Shown one piece after another: positions 1-7,044 of a stretch of 32,000 nt of DNA. Position numbers and translations under genes: made by a program. Below the pieces are notes generated by a model. It saw nothing but the letters and a program-made list of their open reading frames with translations. It made no database searches and had not been told where the DNA came from. Position 1 is the stretch's first letter, and every line of letters begins with the position of its first letter. Source of the stretch: Dickeya solani IPO 2222 (GTDB lineage Bacteria > Pseudomonadota > Gammaproteobacteria > Enterobacterales > Enterobacteriaceae); the NCBI RefSeq assembly GCF_001644705.1, contig NZ_CP015137.1, positions 4,800,001-4,832,000 on the forward strand. The letters run 5' to 3'.

Positions 1-2563
1 GTGCCGCCGTCAGCGCGCCGTCACTCTGTATCCGCCCGCCGTTGCGCAGGCTGTCCGCCGTCAGCAGCAGATTGCCGGCCTGCCATTCACCGTCATTCTC
101 TGCCGCCGCCGCGTTCAGCACCGCCGCCCCCTGCGTCAGCAGTTTTCCGGTGGCGGTGTTGGTCAGCGCGCCGTCGGCCGTCAGTGTCACCGCCTGCCGC
201 CCCTGCAGCGTGCCGCTGTTGTCCAGCCCGTCCGCCGTCACGCTCAGCGTGTCGCCCGCCATCACTCCCCGGTTGGCCGTCTGCCCCGCCTGTACCGTCA
301 GCGCGCCCCCGGCCAGCAGCGACCCGCTATTGTCCAGTTGCGTCTGCGCCTGCACCGTCAGCGTCCCGTCCGCCGACAGCGTGCCGCCGTTGCTCAGCGT
401 GTCCGCCGTCAGCGTCACCTGCCGCCCGCTCACCGTGCCCCGGTTGTCCAGCTCAGCGGCCGTCAGGCGGCTTTCACCGTTGCTCAGCCACTGCCCCGAC
501 GCCTGATTGCGCGCCGTCCCGGCTATCGCCAGCGTCAGCGCGTCCATTCCCAGCAGCGTGCCGCCATTGTCCAGCGTGTCCGCCGTCAGACCGAGCGCCC
601 GTCCTTCCAGCCGCCCGCCGTTGCTCAGCGCCCCGGCCAGCGTCACCGTCAGCCCGTCGCGCCCGCTCAGCAGCCCGCCGTTGTCCAGCGACGCCGCCCG
701 TACCGTGGCGGTCTGCCCCGCCAGCGTCCCCGTATTGCCCAGCGCTCCGCGCAGCTCAAGCGTCAGCGCCTCAGCGGCGTTCAGCTGGCCGCCGTTGCTC
801 AGCGTGCCGCCGGTGACCGTCACCGTCTTCCCCTGCCAGCGGCCGCCCTCGCCCACCACGCCGTTGCCGCGCAGCGTCAGCGCCCCGTCGCTGTAAACAC
901 GACCCGCCCCCGCGTAGTCCCCGCTCAGCGTCAGCGCGTCGCCCCCCGCCAGTTGCCCGCCGTTGTCCAGCGTCGCGCCCTGCACCGTCAGCCGGCCCAG
1001 CGCCGACACCGTGCCCCGGTTATCCAGCCCGCCCAGCGTCAGTACCGTGTCGCCGTTCGCCGCCAGCGTGCCGCTGTTGCTCAGCCCGCCCGCCAGCATC
1101 ACCGCCAGCGACCCGTCACTCTGTATCTGACCGCCGTTGCGCAGGCTGGCCGCCCCCACCGTCAGCCCGCCGCCCGCCAGCAGCGCGCCGTCCCACTCCA
1201 CCGTCTCCCGCCCGTCCAGCGTCAGGTCGCCCGTCGCCTGCCAGCGCCCCGCGCCGCTCACACGCCCGCCGCTGACCGTCACCGTCTGCGCCCCCGCCGC
1301 CCCGTCCAGCGTCAGCTGCCCCCCGGTCAGCGTCAGCGCGCTCCCCGCCTGCCAGGCTCCGCCCGACGCCTGGCTCACCGCCCCCGACGCCGTCAGGCTC
1401 ACCCGGTCGCCCGCCAGCTGCGCCTGGCCCAGCATCAGCTCCGCCCCGGTCAGCGTCAGACCGTACCCCGGCTGGATAACCCCGTCGTCGCGCACCCCGG
1501 CGCTCAGCTGTCCGCCCTGCGCCGTGATGCGCCCGGCGCTGTCCAGCGTCAGGTCCCGCCCCGCCCGCGTCCGGCTCTCCGTCAGCGTGATGCCCTGCTC
1601 ACCCCGCAGCCTGACCGTGCCCTGCGCCTGCTGGTTACCCTGCAGCGCCAGCGTCACGCCCTGCGCCGTCAGGTCGCCCTGCGCGATGGCGCTCCCCACC
1701 TGCAGCCGCCCGTTCGCCGACAGCTGAATGTCCCCCTGCCGCGCGCTCAGCCCGGCGGTGTTTACCCCCACTCCCTGCTCCGTCGACACCAGACTGATGC
1801 GGTTGGCGTACATCCCCCCCAGCGCCCCGGTGTCCAGCGCCAGCGCCGGCGACGGCCCCGCTCCCGCCTGCGCCGTCACCCGTCCGTCCGTGCCCACCCG
1901 GTTGGCCCCCAGCACCACCCGCACGTCCCGCGCGCTCAGCCCCGCCTGCAGGCTCGCCGTGCGCGCTATCAGCGCAAAATAGTCGCTCCCGCCGGCGTCC
2001 AGCCCCGCCCCGGTTATCAGGATGTCCCCGCCGCGCACGTCCAGCCCGCTCAGCTGACCCGCCGCGTCAAACTGCGGGGTGCCGGTGGTCAGGGTAATAC
2101 GCGGGGTGTTGAGAAAGCCGCAGCCGCTGCAGGTGATGCCATAGGGGTTCGCCACCACCACGTTCGCCGCCTGACCCGCCACCTCCAGGTAGCCCGCCAG
2201 CCGGCTGCGGTTCGGCGATACCACCTCGTTGAGGATGGCCGACGCGGCCCGTCCGTTCAGGTTGGGGTTGTTCTGCAGCAGACCGCCCAGCTGGCTCGGC
2301 GTCAGTTGAGCAGTGCCGTTGTTGAGGATAAGGCCGCGGTTGTCGACGTTGAAGTCGTGGTAGCGGTTGTGCGACAGCCCGGCGGCGTCCGGCGTGGCGA
2401 TGTTCACCACCGGCACCCCGTTGCCCGCCGCCTCCAGCGCCGTGTTCCCCGACGCCACCGTCACCCCCGCCGCCCACGCCGGCAGCAGCGGCTGCAGCCC
2501 CGTCAGCCACACCAGCACCCACACTCCCACCCGCTGCGACGTCTTCACCTTCACCGCTTTCAT
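1..2563 (-). CDS. hecA: Two-partner-secretion exoprotein (TpsA), HecA / CdiA / filamentous-haemagglutinin family; only the N-terminal ~854 codons, gene runs off the left edge
   Basis: Absent from the ORF track because no stop is reached. Reverse-complement reading from ATG at 2563 (AGGAG 8 nt upstream) gives MKAVKVKTSQRVGVWVLVWLTGLQPLLPAWAAGVTVASGNTALEAAGNGVPVVNIATPDAAGLSHNRYHDFNVDNRGLILNN...LLQNNPNLNGRAASAILNEVV...VVANPYGITCSGCGFLNTPRITLTTG. That is a signal peptide plus a TPS secretion domain with NPNL and NPxGI motifs. Degenerate G/L/T/N-rich beta-helix repeats follow (LDNGG, LSNGG, LDNRGT). It lies immediately downstream of a TpsB gene. Confidence 0.88.
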   Translation of the reverse strand, partial: MKAVKVKTSQRVGVWVLVWLTGLQPLLPAWAAGVTVASGNTALEAAGNGVPVVNIATPDAAGLSHNRYHDFNVDNRGLILNNGTAQLTPSQLGGLLQNNPNLNGRAASAILNEVVSPNRSRLAGYLEVAGQAANVVVANPYGITCSGCGFLNTPRITLTTGTPQFDAAGQLSGLDVRGGDILITGAGLDAGGSDYFALIARTASLQAGLSARDVRVVLGANRVGTDGRVTAQAGAGPSPALALDTGALGGMYANRISLVSTEQGVGVNTAGLSARQGDIQLSANGRLQVGSAIAQGDLTAQGVTLALQGNQQAQGTVRLRGEQGITLTESRTRAGRDLTLDSAGRITAQGGQLSAGVRDDGVIQPGYGLTLTGAELMLGQAQLAGDRVSLTASGAVSQASGGAWQAGSALTLTGGQLTLDGAAGAQTVTVSGGRVSGAGRWQATGDLTLDGRETVEWDGALLAGGGLTVGAASLRNGGQIQSDGSLAVMLAGGLSNSGTLAANGDTVLTLGGLDNRGTVSALGRLTVQGATLDNGGQLAGGDALTLSGDYAGAGRVYSDGALTLRGNGVVGEGGRWQGKTVTVTGGTLSNGGQLNAAEALTLELRGALGNTGTLAGQTATVRAASLDNGGLLSGRDGLTVTLAGALSNGGRLEGRALGLTADTLDNGGTLLGMDALTLAIAGTARNQASGQWLSNGESRLTAAELDNRGTVSGRQVTLTADTLSNGGTLSADGTLTVQAQTQLDNSGSLLAGGALTVQAGQTANRGVMAGDTLSVTADGLDNSGTLQGRQAVTLTADGALTNTATGKLLTQGAAVLNAAAAENDGEWQAGNLLLTADSLRNGGRIQSDGALTAA

Positions 2564-2635
2564 CCCTGAACTCCTGCTGCATGAAAAACTCAATGCCATG
2601 AAAGCATTGAAAATAATGTTGATTTATTGAATGTG

Positions 2636-4315
2636 TTAGAATGACAAGCCCACGCGGTAACCCACCACCACGGTGTCGGGCTGTAACCATGCCGGGTAGG
2701 AAATCGGCCACCCCACCGTCACCTGCTGGCTCAGCCAGCGGCTGGCGACGGTTACGCCGACGGCGCCGCCCCATAACGAGGCCGCCGTCGAGTCATCCTG
2801 TTTATGGTTATAAAGATGACCGCCATCGACCGCCGCCATGAAGGTGACGTTACCCAGCACTGGCAGTTGCCATGCCTGCCAGTTCAGCTCGTTACGCCAG
2901 TAGGCGCCTCGGTTACCGGAGGTGTACTGCTCGCGGAATCCGCGCACGGAGGATTCCCCGCCCAGCGTCAGTTGTTCGCTGCCGTAAAGCGCGCGGGCCG
3001 AGTACTGGCCGTACAGGCTGCCGAGGTAAGTAATGCTGTCGGTGAGGGGGTAGTAATAGCTGGCCGACAGCGTCCATTTGTTGAACTCGGCTCGCGGTTC
3101 ATCCGCGCTTTTATCGGTGTCGGTTTCCGCGCCAAGCCAGCGCACACCGCGGTTATAAGTCGGGTTGAAGGTCGCCAGCCCGCCCCACAGTTTCTGGCTG
3201 TGATTGACGCCCAGCGACACGTTACTCAGCTTGCGGCTGCTGGACGGCAATAGCGTCCCGTTGAGGTAGTTATTGCCGGTGCGCTGACTGAGCGTGCCGG
3301 CGATGGCGGTTTTCATGGTGCCGTTGCGGAACACCACGCGGGACAGCGATAGCCGGTGGGTGTCGCTGTCGCCGGTGGAATGCCAGGGAAAATCGCGGCT
3401 GATAAAGGTATTGCGATAACGGCTTTGGGAGTAGCTGTAACCCAGATTCCAGTAACCATACGGCATGGAAAAACCGGCCTGCAGGCTTTCCGCATCATGG
3501 CTGGTGGCAAAGCGGCTACTGTGACCGGCGCTGATAAACCACTGGTCGGCCACGCCGAACAGGTTATCCAACGCCAGGCTGCCGTTGAGCTGCTGTTCGC
3601 CGGTGCTTTTTTGTCCGCTGTTATCGAAGGTGACGCCGCCGGTGAACGGCAGATGCGCCTCGCGGGTCAGGTTCACTACCGAATACCCCGGCTGGCTACC
3701 CGGCAAAATTTCGATCGTGACCTGCTGAGACGGCATGCGGTTCATCTGCTCCATGCCTTGTTCAATATCGCGCAGGTTCAGGATCTCCCCTTCCCGCGCT
3801 GGAAACGCGGTGCGGGTCATCCGTTCCGTCTGGTTATTGATGGTGATCTTTTCCAGTCGCCCCTCCAGGATCTCCAGTTGCAGCACGCCGCCCGACAGAT
3901 CCTGTTCGCTCAGAAACGCCCGGCTGGTGATGTAGCCACGCTGGATGTACCAGTTGCTGACGTCATGCACCAACTGGTTGATCTGCTCAAGATTGTTACA
4001 GCGATTAAGGTAGCCGGCGGTCAGCGCCGTCTGGTCGCGCGGGCCCAGCAAGGTACTGTGATTGAAGCGGATCTCACGCAGGGTAAAACAGGGGCCTTGC
4101 GGCGCATTGTCCGCTTTCAGCGGCGCCTGCACGATATTGTTTAATTGCTGCAATGCTTCCCGCTGCTGGCGAGATTGCTCAATCACTTCCGACTGGTGTT
4201 GCTGGGTTTCGTTTCGCTCTGCCGGATTCAACGATGCGGAAAACGCAGAGGCGGTATAACCGATGAGGGAAAAACAGACGATCAGGCCAGTTTTCCTGCT
4301 ACTGACAAACATCAT
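2636..4315 (-). CDS. hecB: TpsB outer-membrane transporter (ShlB/FhaC/HecB family, POTRA + beta-barrel)
   Basis: 559-aa ORF with a signal peptide (MMFVSSRKTGLIVCFSLIGYTASAFS). POTRA-like region (FTLREIRFNHSTLL..., LQLEILEGRLEKITIN). Beta-barrel ends in a terminal ...GLSF. Sits 72 nt upstream of the TpsA gene on the same strand. Confidence 0.9.
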   Translation of the reverse strand: MMFVSSRKTGLIVCFSLIGYTASAFSASLNPAERNETQQHQSEVIEQSRQQREALQQLNNIVQAPLKADNAPQGPCFTLREIRFNHSTLLGPRDQTALTAGYLNRCNNLEQINQLVHDVSNWYIQRGYITSRAFLSEQDLSGGVLQLEILEGRLEKITINNQTERMTRTAFPAREGEILNLRDIEQGMEQMNRMPSQQVTIEILPGSQPGYSVVNLTREAHLPFTGGVTFDNSGQKSTGEQQLNGSLALDNLFGVADQWFISAGHSSRFATSHDAESLQAGFSMPYGYWNLGYSYSQSRYRNTFISRDFPWHSTGDSDTHRLSLSRVVFRNGTMKTAIAGTLSQRTGNNYLNGTLLPSSSRKLSNVSLGVNHSQKLWGGLATFNPTYNRGVRWLGAETDTDKSADEPRAEFNKWTLSASYYYPLTDSITYLGSLYGQYSARALYGSEQLTLGGESSVRGFREQYTSGNRGAYWRNELNWQAWQLPVLGNVTFMAAVDGGHLYNHKQDDSTAASLWGGAVGVTVASRWLSQQVTVGWPISYPAWLQPDTVVVGYRVGLSF

Positions 4316-4665
4316 GCACGTCCATGTAATAGAAACAGATGGTAAAAATTGCCGAAATAATAATGCGCATTCCTTTCAAAAACAATACAAATACTTACAA
4401 TTCAGATGACAGTAAATACGGTAATATTAAAAATAGCTAATTGATTTTAAATGATTAATTAAGTTTCTAATAAAAATAAAATCTAAAAAGAATCGCTAAC
4501 GTCACGCGGTATGGCGGAAGAAAATGTAAAGATAAGGAAACTGAATTTTCATCGGATGTAACAGTTGTTCGCTTTTTAAGCAGCTCATTCTGTGAGATTT
4601 CTCCGCTCACTGTATTTCATTTATAAAAATGATTATTTCGGGTAGCAGCACCCGATGGAGAAAAA
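4316..4665. promoter_or_regulatory. Strongly AT-rich divergent intergenic region (hecB promoter side / cupin promoter side)
   Basis: 350 bp between divergently transcribed hecB and the cupin gene, visibly far more AT-rich than the flanking DNA. Long A/T tracts (taataaaaataaaatctaaaaag). GGAG 7 nt upstream of the cupin ATG. No individual -35/-10 is assigned. Confidence 0.4.
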
Positions 4666-5064
4666 ATGATGAGCAACCAACTCAAAATTGTCAGGCCGGA
4701 TCACTCCACGGAGACAACGCAGAAATTACCCTATTTCGTCGGTATTTCCCGCGATACCGTCGGCGCCAAACACATCTCCATGAATATCGTGGTGATCCCC
4801 GCCGGGGCGGAAGCGGAACCGCACTACCATGTTGATTACGAAACCGCGATCTACCTGCTGAAGGGACGGATCGAAACACGCTACGGCACCGATTTATCGC
4901 AGACCTGTATCCATCTGGCCGGCGAATTTCTTTATATTCCGCCCGGCGTACCCCATCAGCCCCGCAACCTGAGCGACGAGGAAGACGCCATCGCGATTGT
5001 GGCGCGCAACGACGCCAATGAGCGGGAAAATGTGCGTTTGTACCAGGTGGATTACAACGCATAA
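4666..5064 (+). CDS. Small cupin-fold protein (function unknown)
   Basis: 132-aa ORF with a cupin-like two-motif pattern (G..AEPHYH...E.AIYLLKG and GEFLYIPPGVPHQPRN). RBS GGAG upstream. Followed by a strong hairpin terminator. Confidence 0.7.
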   Translation: MMSNQLKIVRPDHSTETTQKLPYFVGISRDTVGAKHISMNIVVIPAGAEAEPHYHVDYETAIYLLKGRIETRYGTDLSQTCIHLAGEFLYIPPGVPHQPRNLSDEEDAIAIVARNDANERENVRLYQVDYNA

Positions 5065-5088
5065 GAGGGGTCAAGCCACGCCACGCGG

Positions 5089-5160
5089 TCCGGTTTTCAG
5101 CAAAGAACCCGGTTTAAAGAAATTACCCGGTTTTCAAAAAGACCCAGTTTTCAAAAAGAA
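5089..5160. repeat. Degenerate tandem repeat, 4 units of 17-19 bp (consensus approx CCCGGTTTTCAAAAAGA)
   Basis: Read directly: tccggttttcagcaaagaa / cccggtttaaagaaatta / cccggttttcaaaaaga / cccagttttcaaaaagaa. Lies between the cupin stop and the terminator hairpin. Confidence 0.75.
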
Positions 5161-5188
5161 AAGAGACGGGCTTCCCCGTCTCTTTTTT
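5161..5188. terminator. Bidirectional intrinsic terminator shared by the convergent cupin gene and hrpN
   Basis: Perfect 10-bp stem aagagacggg / cccgtctctt with a 4-nt loop cttc. T-run on the plus strand (tctttttt) and a T-rich run on the minus strand (ttctttttg). Confidence 0.8.
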
Positions 5189-5219
5189 CGTTTCCGTTTT
5201 ATCGGGTAATTGCGGCGTA

Positions 5220-6254
5220 TCAGGCGTGAGCCAGCTTACCCAGCGCCAGATTGGCGATCTTGTCGCCGACTACCGCAGCATCGATACCCAGCGACGCGCC
5301 GCCCGCACCACGCAGGTTCAGGTTGGTATTGCCGGTATCGCCCGCCACGGCGCTTTTGATCATGCCCAGCGCCTGACGGAATTTGTCCATGCTGGCGCCG
5401 GTCATACCGTCATCATCCGGTTTGCTCAGCGCTTTGGCCCAGGACTTGTCGTCAGTTTTCACTGAACTCTGGCCATCTTTCTGATACTGAGGTTTACCAA
5501 AAATTTCCGGATACTGATCCATAAACTGGCCGATCTCTTTCGCCATGCCACGATCTTCTTTATCCACAAAATGGCGGTTGTTGCCGTCGACATGGGTGCT
5601 GACATTGCTCAGCGAATTCAGCGCCGCATTCTGACCAACGCCCATACCGATGGCGTTACCCAACTGGCTGAACGCGCCGGCGCCGCTCAGGCCCTGCAAA
5701 CCGCCGGCGCCCAACGACAACGGTGAGAAACCGCCCATCGCCTGACCCAGGCCATTGCCCAGAATGGACGACAGCGCATTGCCGACGCCGCTACCGAAAG
5801 CATTCATGTTGCCCTGTGTCATCTGGCTGGCATTCAGCAATGAATTAGCCAGTTGGTTGCTCTGGTTAGTCAGCTTGGTCACGGTGTCATGGCCCAGCAG
5901 ATCGTCCAGCGCTTTATCAAACATTTTTGACAAGGCATCGCTGCCGGATTGCGGTTTGGAAAGCACGTTGCCAGCGCCTTGTGCGCCGCTACCAAAGGTA
6001 TTGAGCGACGCACCAAGCTGGTTGCCTGCACCACGGCCCTGCGCCAAACCGGAACCCATCCCCTGCGACAGCGCGCCGCCAAACATCATCGACGTCAACG
6101 CAGAGGTCAGCTTATCGATGGTGCCGCTGAGTTTGTCCAGGCTGGAACCCAGGGATGACGTGGCGGAGTTCAGTCCCTTCAGACCCTGAGCACCCAGGCC
6201 CAGGCCGGAGACGCCCAAATCACCGCCGATGTGCGCTTTGATCGTAATTTGCAT
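5220..6254 (-). CDS. hrpN: Harpin HrpN (glycine-rich, cysteine-free T3SS-secreted protein)
   Basis: 344 aa starting [30 protein letters not shown]... Gly/Ser/Asn/Leu-rich with no Cys. C-terminal half ...[33 protein letters not shown]...[25 protein letters not shown] matches the Dickeya/Erwinia HrpN sequence as I recall it. RBS GAGGA. hrp box upstream. Confidence 0.95.
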   Translation of the reverse strand: MQITIKAHIGGDLGVSGLGLGAQGLKGLNSATSSLGSSLDKLSGTIDKLTSALTSMMFGGALSQGMGSGLAQGRGAGNQLGASLNTFGSGAQGAGNVLSKPQSGSDALSKMFDKALDDLLGHDTVTKLTNQSNQLANSLLNASQMTQGNMNAFGSGVGNALSSILGNGLGQAMGGFSPLSLGAGGLQGLSGAGAFSQLGNAIGMGVGQNAALNSLSNVSTHVDGNNRHFVDKEDRGMAKEIGQFMDQYPEIFGKPQYQKDGQSSVKTDDKSWAKALSKPDDDGMTGASMDKFRQALGMIKSAVAGDTGNTNLNLRGAGGASLGIDAAVVGDKIANLALGKLAHA

Positions 6255-6351
6255 AATTTCGTTTCCTCATTCATGTCAGGTGTTCGCAAAAGTATCTGCA
6301 ACGGATGCCCGCTCCGATCCCGATGCGGGCATCATGATGGATACTGGTTAC

Positions 6352-6379
6352 TGAGTGACGCCGGTGGTGAAACAGTTCC
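6352..6379 (-). promoter_or_regulatory. HrpL-dependent hrp-box promoter of hrpN (GGAACT-N15-TCACTCA)
   Basis: Minus-strand reading is ggaactgtttcaccaccggcgtcactca. Two departures from GGAACC-N15/16-CCACNNA. About 100 nt upstream of the hrpN ATG. Confidence 0.7.
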
Positions 6380-6414
6380 TTACCGTCGCCGGTTCGCTGC
6401 AAAAAAACCGACCG

Positions 6415-6825
6415 TTACCCCAGTGGTCGGGCCATGCCGATACCCGCTCGCGGACGTACCGCCCGATCCGCCGAAACTGGCGGCAGCGTCAGGCCTGCCA
6501 GCTCGAACACACGCTCAATCACTTGCGGATAGGTATCGGGTGCCGGCGGCAGCGGCCACCAAAGGATCAGCACATCGCTGCCGTTCAGGCACAGGTGGCA
6601 ACCATCGCACTCCGCCGCCTGCTGCTGACGACGGCCGAGTATGCCGCGCACCATGCCGGGATACTGTTGCCCCGGCTGAATCTGCAACATCAGTTCGCGG
6701 CCGGTATCGCCGTACTGAAACACCAGATCGACGCCGGACTGCGGCGACCAGCGCGCCGCCTCGTGCCGGTTCATCGCTGCCATAAAGGCCGTAATGGTCT
6801 CGAAAACCGCGATGTCGTCGGTCAT
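6415..6825 (-). CDS. hrpV: HrpV-like T3SS regulatory / chaperone-like protein (last gene of the hrcC operon)
   Basis: The ORF track gives 6415..6879. The start is preferred at the internal ATG 6825 (MTDDIAVFETITAFMAAMNRH...) because it forms an ATGA overlap with the hrpT stop (6822-6824). Assignment rests mainly on the conserved position after hrpT in group-I hrp clusters. Confidence 0.6.
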   Translation of the reverse strand: MTDDIAVFETITAFMAAMNRHEAARWSPQSGVDLVFQYGDTGRELMLQIQPGQQYPGMVRGILGRRQQQAAECDGCHLCLNGSDVLILWWPLPPAPDTYPQVIERVFELAGLTLPPVSADRAVRPRAGIGMARPLG

Positions 6826-7010
6826 AGCACGCTCACCCGGGTGAAATCGGCGGCGCCGGGGCGCATGTCCGTCTGCCACCAGATCACCATCTGCCGGTTA
6901 TCCGGCTCGGGACGGCAACTGACCGAATCGCAGGCGCCAAGCGGCGCACGGGCAGCACAGGCGCTGAGCAGCAGCGAACCGCACAGCACCAGAAGAGTTT
7001 GATAACGCAT
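6822..7010 (-). CDS. hrpT: HrpT small outer-membrane lipoprotein (secretin-associated, pilotin-like)
   Basis: 62 aa. Signal peptide with lipobox LLLSAC (MRYQTLLVLCGSLLLSAC). Lies directly downstream of the hrcC secretin gene. Confidence 0.75.
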   Translation of the reverse strand: MRYQTLLVLCGSLLLSACAARAPLGACDSVSCRPEPDNRQMVIWWQTDMRPGAADFTRVSVL

Positions 7011-7044
7011 GGCTTTTCTCCCTAAAGGCTATGGTGGTAAATCG

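Noticed and set aside
1-2569. Plus-strand ORFs 1..816, 42..506, 338..2569 (743 aa), 507..896, 1137..1727, 1728..1982
   Set aside because: All are antisense or shadow frames of hecA. The translations are monotonous R/P/A/Q/S-rich strings with no domain features. The minus-strand frame from ATG 2563 gives a textbook TPS domain and beta-helix repeats. Long open antisense frames are expected in GC-rich repetitive genes.
2067-2774. Minus-strand 235-aa ORF spanning the hecB/hecA junction
   Set aside because: It is out of frame with both real genes (it overlaps the hecB 3' end and the hecA 5' end). Its composition is G/R/A/P-rich nonsense. The hecA frame with the TPS motifs is a different frame.
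4811-4840. Other GGAACC occurrences inside coding regions (4811, 6137, 26355, 26715)
   Set aside because: None is followed by CCAC at 15-16 nt. Only the hrcQ-internal site (30219) has both elements.
6826-6879. N-terminal extensions offered by the ORF track for hrpV (to 6879), hrpD (to 16734), the 349-aa hydrolase (to 12055) and hrcS (from 31327)
   Set aside because: In each case an internal ATG has a proper Shine-Dalgarno or a stop/start coupling with the upstream gene (ATGA at 6822-6825; 2-nt gap at 16611; AAGGAG before 12001; hrcS ATG 31474 after the hrcR stop). The extensions would overlap the preceding gene and encode low-complexity sequence.
6231-7002. Plus-strand ORFs 6231..6785 and 6355..7002 opposite hrpV/hrpT and across the hrpN promoter
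   Set aside because: They are antisense to the translationally coupled hrpT-hrpV pair and have implausible R/P/A-rich composition. They would run across the hrpN hrp box.
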